Source: Ranitomeya imitator | Taxonomy: Eukaryota | Reading direction: 5' to 3' | Length of the DNA stretch: 64,000 nucleotides | Assembly: GCF_032444005.1 (NCBI RefSeq) | Contig: NC_091289.1 | Location: forward strand, 55,676,001 to 55,740,000 | In this document: piece after piece, positions 45,363-57,648 of the stretch | Numbering within the stretch: position 1 is the first letter of the stretch | Layout of the letters: each line of letters begins with the position of its first letter | Position numbers and translations under genes: made by a program | The notes under the pieces: generated by a model | The model's database searches: none | What the model was told of the DNA's origin: nothing | The model's input: only the letters and a program-made list of their open reading frames with translations

Positions 45363-46478
45363 CCCCTTAGCGACCTTTGACACATATGTATACATATCAT
45401 AGATCGTGTCCCCGCATGTTTTCCGGCACATGTCAGCTGATTTCATCCCTCCTAACAGCCTTGTGTAAAATTGCGATCCTCCCGCAGCTGTTAACGTTAA
45501 ATGCCGCTGGCAATCTCTGACAGCGGCATTTTACATGCTCGCACCTGAAGCATGTCACAAACTCCGCCCCGACATGTCACATGACCACGGGTCGCCGATG
45601 GGTTGCCATGACAACCCGGGGTCTGCAGGAGATCCTTGTGGTTGTCATTGCTGGATCACTATGAGCAGTTTAGCTATGCATAGCAGGGCTATGCAGCTTC
45701 TAGTCTCCCATGGAGACACTGAAGCAAGTGAAAAGTAAAAAGAAAAAAAGTTTTTTAAAAAATTTATAAAATCTAAAAGTTCCAATCACCTCCCCCAATT
45801 TGCCCCATTTAAAATAAAATAAAAATCCACATATTTGGTATCGCCGCGCTCAGGAACACGTGATCTATTAAAATATAAATAATAAATAATTAATCCGATC
45901 GGTAAACAGCGTAATGAGAAAAAAAAATGCAAGTATTTTTTTTTTAGTCTCCGCAACAGGCAATCAAAACATCGTATCTGTACTAAAATGGCATCAATAA
46001 AAATGGCAGCTCGGCACAGAAAATATAAGCCCTCACCCAGCACCAGATTACAAAAATGGAGATGCAACGGGTCTCGGAAAATGGCTCTTTTTTTTTTTTC
46101 TTGCAAACTTGGGATTTTTTGTTCACCACTTAAATAAAGCAGAACCTATACATGTTTGGTATCTGTGCACTCGTAATGACCTGGAGAATCATTGTGGCAG
46201 GTCAGTTTTAGCATTTAGTTAACATGATAAATGAAAACTAAAAAACAATTGTGGAATTGCAATTTCATCGCACTTTGATTTTTTTCTCTCCCTGTTTTCC
46301 AGTACATGATATGATAAAACCAATGGTGTCATTCAAAAGTACAACTTGTCTCACAAAAAAACAAGTCAACACACGGCCATATTGACAAAAAAAATTGACA
46401 AGTTATAGTCTGGGAAGACTGGGAGCATAAAACGGAAACGCAAAAACAGAAAAGCAAAACCCCAAGGTCATGAAGGGG
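45363..46478. mobile_element. piggyBac-type non-autonomous element
   Basis: Ends CCCCTT...GACC and GGTC...AAGGGG|TTAA. The left TSD is degenerate (TGAA). Confidence 0.7.
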
Positions 46479-46812
46479 TTAAAGAACCTTCTGCGTCTGA
46501 CAGGATCTTCCTATTTGCATATAAATTAAATACAGTAGTCTCTAAAACCACAAGGCCAGTATATGAGCATCCAGATTTGCTCTACGGTGCAGGGCTGGTC
46601 ACCATCTAGACAGGTCTTTATAGCTGTTTTTACCAGACCTGGTGCTGATGTATCAAGCTGGCAGACAGCCACGAGACACGCAACAGGTTGGGGATCCCTG
46701 GTATAGGGCAGTCTGTATCTCTCTTAATCAGTGGGGAAAAAATTGATCCTCTAATTAGGTTGACCAGGTTTAAAAGGAAAAAAAAAACAACTTTGCTCCA
46801 TATCACCACTTA

Positions 46813-47007
46813 GGCTGCAGTCACACGGTCAGTATTTGGTCAGTATTTTACCTCAGTATTTGTAAGCCAAAACCAGGAGTGGGTGATAAATACAGAAGTG
46901 GTGCATATGTTTCTGTTATACTTTTCCTCTGATTGTTCCACTCCTGGTTTCGGCTTACAAATACTGAGGTAAAATATTGACCAAATACTCCTAGTGTGAC
47001 GGCAGCC
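46813..47007. mobile_element. PIF/Harbinger-type MITE
   Basis: TTA|GGCTGCAGTCACAC...GTGTGACGGCAGCC|TTA with a palindromic body. Confidence 0.88.
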
Positions 47008-48364
47008 TTAGTGTGTTTGTTGACGATTTTAGCTAAGAAACTTGACAATATATCACAGAACAGTGCTAGTGAGTGGGGTGTTATACATTCTGTAATAAGC
47101 CCCATTCCTGTCATTTCTCGTAACACTTACTTTTTGGAGGGAAAAAAATAAAATGTATGACCTTTAAAATATTTTGTATTTGCGTATGGAGGTTTCACCT
47201 TCCATCGTGTCACCAGGTTTCAGGAGCCTAGTGTATTCAGCTCTGATGACCTAAAATGGACCCTAGAGCTGCCTGTACACCCAGAGTAAAGCCTAAAGGG
47301 GTTGGCCACCACTTTACATGTCCCGTTCATGTGAGGGAACTGCCATAGATGACACTTCATTAAATACCTCGCTTCTCAAACCCTTGTGGAACCTTAGCTG
47401 CTCTCCTGCTCACATGCTGCCTGGCCGAGAATCCCCTGACTTGTGATGTCACCATGTTCTGTCTGTGATCTTGTCTTTGGATTCTGGAGTAACATCACAA
47501 TGGTGTGACTTCACATGACACTCACAAACGTAAATGTGCTAGTTATATCACATAAAATCGCAATACAATGCAAAGTATCAAGTATTTGCGAAGTATAAAG
47601 AAAATGATGCATGGTTTTCTAATTATTTTAAAAACATAAATCTGGAAATTGTGACGTGCATTTGTATTTAGCCCCCTGTAGTCTGATACCCCTGAATACA
47701 TAAAATCCAGAGAGACAATTTGCCTCCAAAAGTCACATTATTAGTAAGTCCACCTATGGGCAATTTAATCTCATTGTAACTACTGCTGTTCTGTAAAGGC
47801 CTCAGAGGTTTATTTGAGAACTTTAGGGATCAAACAACATCATGAAAAAAAAATATAAGTCCTTATATAAACCCGAGTCCCTCTGTATAGCACCTCAAAA
47901 TCTTTTTAATTTGTCCCTCGCTGTATGGTAATCCTCTCGGTCCGTTCCGATGGGTGTTGCTTCTGGCCTCTCCATTCCTCCCAGCTGCTCCTTGCCGCCA
48001 TCTTTTAATTGACTTGGATAACGCTTCCTGCATCGTCTACTTCACAGCGCGACATCTTGCGCAGAAATATCATGTATCATGTTTCCGGCTCATGTACCGC
48101 AACTACTTCCATATAACAGAAATACGTTTGCCGGCGTATGCGCACTTCTGTTTTCGGCAAAGCATACTGCGCAGGTGTGACAGCACGCAGTATTTCTGCC
48201 AGGCAAGTCAATTAAAGAAGGATGGAGAACAGCAGCAGGGAGGGAGGAATGGAGAGGCCTGAAGCAACACCCAACACCTGGTGACAGGATTGCTTTAAAT
48301 AATAATGATAATATTAGCCTAAGCTTTGAAAATTTCACAGAGCACCGTTTAATCATTTATTCAA

Positions 48365-50290
48365 AAATGGAAGAAGTATGGCACAACTGCAAACTTACCA
48401 AGATATAGCCGTCCACCTAAACTGACATACCAAGCAAGGAAAGCACTAATTAGAGAAGCAATCAAGAGGCCCTTGGTCACCCCGTAAGAGCTACAGAGAT
48501 CTACAGCTCATGTGGGAGAATCTATCCACAGGACAACTATTAGTCACTAGATAGTTATATAGTTCTAACGCATCGAGTATTCTAGAATATGTATTTATGT
48601 ATGTATATAGCCGTCACATAGTATATAGCACAGGCCACAGAGTATATAGGAGCCATGTAGTATATAGCACACAAATACTACGTTGCCTGTGCTATATACT
48701 ATGTGGCTGCTATATACATACATATTGTAGAATACCCGATGCGTTAATACAGGCCACGTAATATATAACAGTGGCCACGCAGTATATAACACAGCCACGT
48801 ACTATATAACACAGCCCACGCAGTATATAGCAGCCACGCAGTATATAACACAGGCGACGTAGTATATAACACTGGCCACGTAATATATAACACTGCCCAC
48901 GCAGTATATAACAGTGGCCACGTAGTATATAGCACGCAGTATAGAACATAGCCCACGTAGTATATAGCACAGCCACGTAGTATATAACACTGCCCACGTA
49001 GTATATAACACTGCCCACGTAGTATATAACACTGCCCACATAGTATATAACACTGCCTATGTAGTATATAGCAGCCATGCGGTATCTAACACAGCTCACA
49101 TAGTATACAGCAGTGTGGGCACCATATCCCTGTTAAAAAAATAATTAAAATAAAAAATAGTTATATACTCACCCCCTGGGATCCACCGAAGCTCCGGCGA
49201 TACGCACGCGGCTGCTGCCATCTTCCGTTCCCAGGATGCATTGCGAAATTACCCAGATGACTTAGCGGTCTTGCGAGACCGCTAAGTCTTCTGGGTAATT
49301 TCGCAATGCATTGCCGGGAACGGAAGATAACATTACATTTTTTTTTACTATTGATGCCGCATAGGCAGCATCAATAGTAAAAAGTTTGGGACACACAGGG
49401 TTAATAGCAGCGGTTACGGAGTGCGTTACCCGCGGCATAACACGGTCCGTTACCGCCGGCATTAACCCAGTGTGAGCTGGGAGTATGCGGGCGCCGGGCA
49501 CTGACTGCGGGGAGTAAGGAGCGGCCATTTTCTTCTGGACTGTGCCCATCGCTGATTGGTCGTGGCTGTTTTGCCGCGACCAATCAGCGACTTGACTTTC
49601 CATGACAGACAGAGGCCGCGACCAATGAATATCCGTGACAGAAAGAAGGAAAGACAGAAGTGACCCTTAGACAATTATATAGTAGATATACAAATCTGGC
49701 CTATATCTAAGAGTGGCAAGAAGAAAGCCAGTTTTTAAAGCAAGCCATAACAAGTTTGCAAAAAAGCCATGTAGTGGATGCCGCTCTCATGTGGAAGAAG
49801 GTGCTCTGGTCAGATGAGACCAAAGTAGAACTTTTTGGGATGAATGTAAAACACTGTGTTGGAAAACTAACACTGCACATCACCCTGAAAACACCAACCC
49901 CACTGTCAAACGTGGTGGTGGCGGCATCATGTGGTGGGGTTACTTTACTTCAGCAGGGACAGTTAAGTTGGTCAGAGTTCATGGGAAAATGAATGGAGCT
50001 AAATACAAGCAATCCTGGTGGAAACTTTTGATAGGTTCCAAAAGACTTGAGACTGAGGTGTAGTTTCACCTTCCATCAGGACAACGACCCTAAACATACT
50101 GCCAGGGCTACAATTGACTGGGCCATTCAAACACATGAATATGCTTTGATCTAAATCATTCAAGTCCTGACCGAAATCCCATTGAGAATTTGTGGCAAGT
50201 CTTGAAAATTGCTGTGTACGGACGGTCTCCATCCAATCTCACTGAGCTAGCGCTAGCTTGCAAAGAAGAATGGGCAAACATTTCAGCATC
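48365..50290 (+). pseudogene. Decayed Tc1-family transposase, split by a Helitron
   Basis: Left piece QKWKKYGTTANLPRYSRPPKL...KRP...ELQRS. Right piece YKSGL...VARRKP...[16 protein letters not shown]...HQDNDPKH...NPIENLW. Multiple frameshifts. Upstream terminal-region remnants at about 47630-47850. Confidence 0.85.
48547..49686 (-). mobile_element. Non-autonomous Helitron (same family as 43140-44595) inserted in the Tc1 transposase
   Basis: Minus strand A|TCTACTATATAATTGTCTAAGGG...CTAG|T. The rejoined flanks restore the Tc1 sequence at an AT site. Degenerate minisatellite at about 48750-49100. Confidence 0.88.
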
Positions 50291-52097
50291 TAGATCACAT
50301 GTCAAGACCCGCGACGCCGGGTGGGTCCCCTTAGTATATTTGGAGGTTTCCCACCCGGCATCGCGCTTTCAATTGTGATACAAAAGAAAGCACTGTATTG
50401 AGCACTGTAGGAAACTATTTAAGAGGGGCACTCCAATAGGGATTTTAGCTTACGAGGCTTTATACGAAAAGGCTTCTGACTCAAACTAGTTGGACCAGAC
50501 ATGTGAGTTGCCTGCCAAAGCAGGAACTCTTAATTTCCCACATTTATACTTATTTACTCCCCTGATGAATTGCACAAAAGGGGGAAGAAACACGTAGGGA
50601 GACTTCACATGATTTGGTAGGTACAACTTAGTAGCCTTACTTGGGGACTGTCCTTGTAAGGGCAGGAGCAATACAGGGGCACAACGGGATATCAGAAACT
50701 CTCCCCTGTGATTTATACAACTTTCCTATGGGCTCCTGCATATCTGCAACCTGCAGAAGGACTACAATATTGTTGAGATCAAACCATCTATTATTAAGCA
50801 CTGGTAACCTTTAGCACTTGCACTTTAGTTTGCACTTTAGTTTGTTTGTTTTGATTTATCCAGTTTTAATTCACACATTAAAAGTTACATTTTAGTTTAT
50901 TTTGTCTCTCCTGACTAGCAAGCACACAGTCTGACACTGATTTTAGAAAAAAAATATTCTGTAAAAAAGAAAAAAAAAGCTGCTGCCTTGCTGCTGTTTC
51001 CTACTGCATTAGGAATGAAGGACAAAAAACAGGGATAATTGCTATACAAATGCAGCAGGACTGTCAGTCTGTAACTGCTGTTGACACCTCCGCCATCTTT
51101 CTCTCCCCATTACCAATTGAGTAAAATATATTGATTTGATTCATACTGCTCATTTGTTCAGTCACTTTTAATGTTATTAAATGATAAAAATAAACTAGTC
51201 GTGTTTCTTTTTTTCTTTTAAAGCTTTCTTATTTTGCAGCATTTTTTCCTTGCACTGTACATTGCAAATGTTTTATGGTTGTGTGTATCCAAAATTAAAC
51301 CCCTTTGCAATGTAGCAGAGCTGTGTATGACATTTTAAGAATAGACTTCAGGCAGCCACATCCAGGGCACCAGATCACAGGTACAGGCAGGGTCCGGCAG
51401 GCTTGGAAGCGAGGTCAGAGTCCCCCTTACCAGGTGGAGTTAGAAGACTTCCTACTAGCACTGTGGTGTAGTCCCTTGCTGCCTTAGGCCTCACACAAGG
51501 TCCTCACATGTTCTCTCTGTCCTCCTTGAAGGTGGCTCGAGCCTTTTTACAGAATCTCTATCACGACTCAGGCTCCATGTGCCAGTATGTCTCCAGGTGT
51601 CAGGGCGGACAGGTGATGTGTAGCCCAGCTGTCCTGCCGGTTTCTGCTGTGAGTCTTGAAGTCCCTCACAACCTCGGTGTTTCGGCTACCAGTGTCTGCG
51701 CTCTGCAGGGAGGTAGCTCAGTCGCAGCTATTCTCCCCAGTTCTCACTTTCCTGCGCTTCACTTCTCCTACACGCTCTCTACAATACATTCGTCTTTCTC
51801 TTTCTCTAGGAGCTGCAGCACTTCTCGTGGCTGTACGGCCCCTCGACTTCCTTCTCCTCTGTCTCTCTGACAGGAACTCTCTCTCAGTCTGACTGAAGTT
51901 AACTCACTTTCCCTCCAGACCAGAATATATTTAGAGGAGCCACCCACAAGCTGGATCAGAGCTCCCCCTTCTGGCATGGAGTGTGAACATGTTGTATGCT
52001 TGCAACAATAGAGAAATAAAGAGAGGAAGGGCACCAGAGGAGTACAAACTCTTATGGATTTGGACTCTTAGGAGAAACCGATTTTGAGGTCAGAGGA

Positions 52098-52446
52098 TAG
52101 TACTGCAGTGCGCAGGCACCGGAAAGGTCAGAGGCCCGGCGCCTGCGCACTGCAGTACTTTGTCTGCCCTCAACAGGGCAGAGCAAAGTACGCCTGCGCC
52201 GGAGCCGTGGCTGAAGATCAGAAGAGGACGTCTTGTAATGAAGATGGGAGGCGCCGCAGCGGACCGGAGACGCCCGTTTGACCTGACCAGCAGCGGGACC
52301 GCCCCTGGGTGAGTATAATCTAACGTCTTTTTCTCCTCTTACAGGTAACATCGGGGGCTTATCTACAGCATTGCAGAATGCTGTAGATAAGCCCCTGATG
52401 CCGGTGGGCTTACCTCACCCGCGAATTTCGGGGTGACAGGTTCCCT
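52098..52446. mobile_element. Kolobok/T2-type MITE, right part
   Basis: Central hairpin and right arm match 2822-3394. Ends GGGTGACAGGTTCCCT|TTAA. Confidence 0.8.
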
Positions 52447-53111
52447 TTAAGCAGATAAAAAAAGGAGAAGAAATCAATGCAGAAACGCCTATTCATAGAT
52501 TGGTAAATTGTTTCTTATTTATGGTATTTCTTTTGTATATAGGTTTTTTTCTTCAAAACTCAGACACGTGTTTGTATTTTGAGGCAGACGACTGCAAAAT
52601 TACCCAGACAAGTGAACTGCGCCATAGACTATAATAGGTTGTCTATAGTTCAAAAATGTGTCCCCACATAAGGCAAATGGAGGTGTATCTGACTGATAAG
52701 GGGCTGTGAGATTTATCCTACCTCCATACACAAGATGAGGAGCAGACAAAACCAGCGCAGACTCCGCGTCCGTAGACACAGATGTAGGACCACAGGTGGG
52801 TACAATTCAAGACTTGGCTTATTTACACTGGATCCAGAAATAATATTTGACGATACTGTAACATCCTCTGACGTCGGTTGCTGCTGGTCAGAAATTGATT
52901 ACACCACAAGCCAACCACAAGTAATACTGTAATTTCAACCCCCGGGATCAATAAAGTGTATCGTATCGTTTCGTAAGTGGTCCCTGTCTCACAGCAAGTA
53001 GGGCTCTAAAATGGCTGCCTAGAACTAGTAACTCATCAACTGCCGTGTGAAGCCACGCCCACTTTGAACCAACTTAATTGGAATGAACAAGAGCTAGCGG
53101 TAAACAAATAC

Positions 53112-53130
53112 TGACCAGCAGAGGGCAGCG
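53112..53130 (+). promoter_or_regulatory. CTCF-like motif in a small unique block
   Basis: TGACCAGCAGAGGGCAGCG matches the CTCF core. Adjacent GTAAACAAATA (FOX-like) and GCCACGCCC (KLF/SP-like). Motif match only. Confidence 0.45.
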
Positions 53131-53388
53131 TTGCAAGATTATAAATTTAGCGGGTAAAAAACAAATGCAGAAGTTATTTTGTAAGATATGTAACGCAAAC
53201 AGCTGAATAATAATGATATCTGGGGAAACAGCATAAAAAACACTGATGGCATTTGCATGTGTTAATTGGCGTCTAAATGAGGCTTTGTTAGAAGAACATC
53301 CTAAGCCAGACGTAACTTCTTAGTTATCCATGGCAAACATTGGACACTACGATCCTGCACTTAGTGAAAAAAGAGACTGGACGGCACC

Positions 53389-54183
53389 TGTTGTGAATTC
53401 CGCTCTTGGGCTCCCTCCAGTGGTTGTAAGTGGCACTTTTGTGGGTTCTGCTCTTGGGCTCCCTCCGGTGGTTTTAAGTGGAATGGCTGCTCCTTGGATT
53501 TAGCAGTCAGCAGCTGCTTCCACTGATTGTCTATTCTGCTCGGCTATTTAGCCTGGCTCTTTCCTTCAGCTTGTGCCACTTGTCAATGGTTCCTGGTTGG
53601 ATTCACATCTCTTTGGATTTCCCTGTTATCCTGACCAGTTCAGCAAAGTTAAGTCCTTGCTTGCTCTTTTCTGTCCACAGGTTGTGGACTTATCCGTTCT
53701 GTGCTTTCTATGTTTGTCCAGCTTGTCAGTATGAATTAATTCAGTGAAGCTGGAAGCTCTGGGAAGCAGATTTACCCTCCACACCTTTAGTCAGGTGTGG
53801 AGATTTTTGTAAACTCTGTGTGGATTTTTTGTAGTGTTTTATACTGACCGCACAGTATTCCTTCCTGTCCTATCTATCTAGCTAGACTGGCCTCCTGTGC
53901 TCATCCTGGTTTCATTCTGTGTATGTCTTTTCCCTCTCCACTCACAGTCATTACTTGTGGGGGGCTATCTATCCTTTGGGGATTTTCTCTGAGGCAAGAT
54001 AGTTTTCCTGTTTCTATCTTTAGGGGTAGTTTGATCTTAGGCTGTGACGAGGTGCCTAGGGAGTGTCAGGAGCATCCCACGGCTACTTCTAGTGTTGTGT
54101 TGAGCTTAGGGACTGCGGTCAGTACAGGTACCACTTCCTTCAGAGCTCATCCCATGTTGCTCCTAAACCACCAGATCATAACA
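53389..54183 (+). mobile_element. Solo LTR, same subfamily as 4893-5655
   Basis: TGTTGTGAATTCC...ATCATAACA with exact 6-bp flanking duplication GGCACC. About 50 bp are duplicated near the 5' end. Confidence 0.92.
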
Positions 54184-55164
54184 GGCACCTCCAAAAGATC
54201 ATATATTGATCTAATGACGCTAGGCAAAACTTCATATAGCTGATCATGAGGGTCTTAGTTTAACATTCTGATCAGACTGTAGGAAGCCCACCGCCATGTG
54301 ACGGCAAACCTCTCAGTGGGTCCTAACTTTTATTGGCTTAAAGGAGCAGTGTCGTAAGCTAACCACCACCGCAGCGACAATGCACTAGTAGGGTGGGCGG
54401 CCTGGTGCCTCACAGTGTCCATAACTCCAGACCGCACCATCCCACAAGCACAAAACCACAGCAACAATGGCTGCTACACAGCACCCACACCAAATGAAAG
54501 GAGCATTGACACTCACCTTCCACAAGCTCTCGAATGAGAGCAAAAATAGGCAGGACCTCCTTTTTGAGCAAAAATAGGCAGGACCTCCTTTTTTTGCATT
54601 CTCCTGCTAATTTAAACTTACCTGTGCCAAATGTGAGGAGTGCTAGTCCAAGAAAGGGGACAGAACATGCAATACGCTGAAAAAGAGAATGGACAGCACC
54701 TTGAAAAAAATGAGGAACCTCATGTTCAGTAATATATCTTTTGCCTAGCGGCTAGAGATCAGCAAATATTTCAATGTTCTATTAGGATTACATTTGCCAA
54801 ATTTGCAATATTTACCGATTAATTTGTCAAATATTCGCCGAACATAGCTGAACGCCATTCACATCAATAAGAGGCAAAAACAAATGCATGCACAACACCA
54901 TAGAATGGCCTCAAGTGCTGTCAAACACATCAAATGAGGGACAGACACCAGAAAAGTGACCTCAATTCACCCACAGTACAAATTTTAGCATGGAACTGCA
55001 GCAATCAGCCAGGGATGAGGTATCGGCGTCAGCTTTCCAATGAACATCAAAGTAAGACGAGGTGGGTGAGGGATCAGTGTAGGGCCCCTTTGCTGGGAGC
55101 CCTGACAACACATGCAACACCTCTACCTACTTTCATGCTGAGCCACACTCAGGTGGCACAAATA

Positions 55165-56436
55165 CGAGGGGCTGCTGATAAGTCTTTGGCTTTACCCAGA
55201 CAGAAACAAGATTGGAAGATGAAACTGTACATTTATTCCACATAATCTCCACTGATGTCAACACACTTCTTACATCGGTATACCAAGTTCTGTAAGCTTT
55301 GCAAAAAGAAGGATTTCGGTTGTGCCTCAAACCAGGCATCCGAAACAGCCATGGCATCAGAAATCATGTGAAATTTGCTACCCTTGAAATGTTTCTTCAG
55401 GTTTGGAAATAGATGATAATTGGAGGGAGCTAGATCTGGTGAATAAGGTGGTCAACCAGCTGGAAGCCCAGTTTTGCCTTGGTTGCTTTTGCATTGTGAG
55501 CAGAGGCATTGTTTTGCAGGAACAAGATTCCTTTGGACAGCTTGCCACGCCTTTTGGCCTTCAGAGCTGCCCTCGATTGGTCCAAAAGTTCACTGTAATA
55601 CCTTGCATTGATTGTGGAACCCTTTTGAAGGTAGTCCACTAACAGAGCACCCTCCTTATCTCAGAACACAGATGCCATCACCTTAGTGGCTGATTTTTGC
55701 ACCCTGAACTTCTTTGGATGAGAACCACTGTGCCTCCACTCTTTTGACTGCTCCTTTGTTTCAGGGTGATACACATAAATCCAGGTCTCGTCCATAGTGA
55801 CCAGGCGATCCAGGAAGTTTTTATCAGTCTGGAAATGCTGACAAATGGACCGGGAAGTTTTCGCTTGCATGCTTTTCTGATCTGTTGTCAAACATTCGGG
55901 GACCCACTTTGCTGATAGCTTCTTCATGGCCAAATGTTCATGGATAATAACACAAACACGTTCACGGGAAATCCCCATGATGTCTGCTATTGCTTTAGAT
56001 GAAATTCGCCAATTCTCCAGTATGAGGTTGTGCACAGCATCGACAATCTCCGGAACAACCACTCTCGGTCATCCAGGACGTTCCTCATTGTTGGTGCTGA
56101 AGTGGCCCGTTTTAAATTTGGCAACCCGGTTCTTAACTGTAGAATATGAGGGGCATTGATCCCCCAATGTCTGCGACATACCACCATGAATATCCTTTGT
56201 GTGCTTTCCTTGGAGAAACAAGAATTTTATCACTCCTCTGCTCTCATTTGCTGTGAATATCGCATTAGACTCCGCCATTTTGTTTTCCCACATGCATAGA
56301 ACACTGTTGCCATAAACTAATAACACAAAATTTTGAAAACATATATTAGACACATAAGGCTTTCACGTGATGTAACATTCGTTACCATAGAAAGAAAAAA
56401 AAATCACAAAGCCAAAGACTTTTCAGCAGCCCCTTG
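55165..56436 (-). mobile_element. Decayed mariner element (DD34D type)
   Basis: TA|CGAGGGGCTGCTGATAAGTCTTTGGC TIR with an imperfect right copy. Fragments include RGVIKFLFLQG, KWVPECL, VTMDETW and SPDLAPSNYHLF. Stops and frameshifts are present. Confidence 0.9.
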
Positions 56437-57140
56437 AAAAATATTTTTCAACCTGGATGGTGCCAAGGTGAAACCGTCCAGGCAGAGAACCACTGAGGAA
56501 TGAGATACTGTGAGCACAGCATCAATGGCTAGCGGTGACATCATCGAGGTTACTGCCGGTCACTGAAGCTGGGTGTCCAGCTGGGCTAAACTGCGGTGAC
56601 CTCAGCACGGTCAGTTTATGGCGGTGAACTCAGTGAGTTTATCTCACGGTGCTGAGGTCATCGAAGTTCAGCCCAGCTGGGAACCCAACTTCAGTTACCG
56701 GCAGTAACCTTGTTGATGTCACCGCTAGTCACTGATGCTGTGCTCACAGTACCTCACTCATCAGTGGTTCTGAGCCCAAACGGTCGCTTCTTGGCATCAT
56801 CGAGGTTGAAAACTATTTATTCACATGGATTACAGCATGAGGCTGAACATTGGACAGCTGTGGGATATTGTTGGTTTTGTTTACTTTTGTTTTATTACAG
56901 GAGACGTTGGCTTCAATGGAATGTGCGTTAGGTGAGTATAACCGTTTATTTTTAAATAAAAATGGAAAAGTGTGTTTTCTTTTGATTTAAAAAAAGGACA
57001 TTATACTTGTTGTGTCTTTATTTACAATATTAGAAGAAAAAATGCCGCACACTCGAAACTGGTATGATGCAAAAAGGTATATGCCAGATTTATTCACGAA
57101 AACAAGTCAACAATTGCCACTGTGATAATTCGTAGATAGA

Positions 57141-57181
57141 AACCCGACGTTTCGACCCTCCCGGGTCTTATTCATGGGGTT
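57141..57181 (-). ncRNA. Minimal type I hammerhead-like motif (inverted-arm copy)
   Basis: Exact reverse complement of 57608-57648. Confidence 0.6.
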
Positions 57182-57607
57182 ACTAGGAAAGCAAATAAAC
57201 AGTATAAGTAACTTTATGTGACATAACATTATACGTAAAAGAAAACAAATAAGAACAAAAAAGACAAAATAATAAACATACACCAAAATATAAAATATAA
57301 TATGTACAATATATACAAGGCAACCAGAGGCGATGAAGAGAATACTGTCCGGAGCAGTAACATTATATTTCCCCTAAACAGTGGTTAACTGATGTACTAG
57401 AATTACCTCTTAGCTACAGGCTTACTTTTCGCTGCTCCGGACAGTATTCCCTTCATCGCCTCTGGTTGCCTTGTATATATTGTACATATTATATTTTATA
57501 TTTTGGTGTATGTTTATTATTTTGTCTTTTTTGTTCTTATTTGTTTTCTTTTACGTATAATGTTATGTCACATAAAGTTACTTATACTGTTTATTCGCTT
57601 TCCTAGT

Positions 57608-57648
57608 AACCCCATGAATAAGACCCGGGAGGGTCGAAACGTCGGGTT
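57608..57648 (+). ncRNA. Minimal type I hammerhead-like motif with an A3:U8 core variant
   Basis: AACCCC-ATGAATA-A-GACCC-GGGA-GGGTC-GAAA-CG-TC-GGGTT gives stem I, core, a 5-bp stem II with a GNRA loop, GAAA, palindromic ACGT and a GUC triplet ending at 57643. Confidence 0.6.

Noticed and set aside
45602-45615. Near-perfect X-box GTTGCCATGACAAC
   Set aside because: It sits inside a multicopy piggyBac-type element with no promoter or splice context.
51340-52010. Possible fragment of another LTR family
   Set aside because: No TG...CA boundaries, TSD or second copy could be identified, so it was left unannotated.
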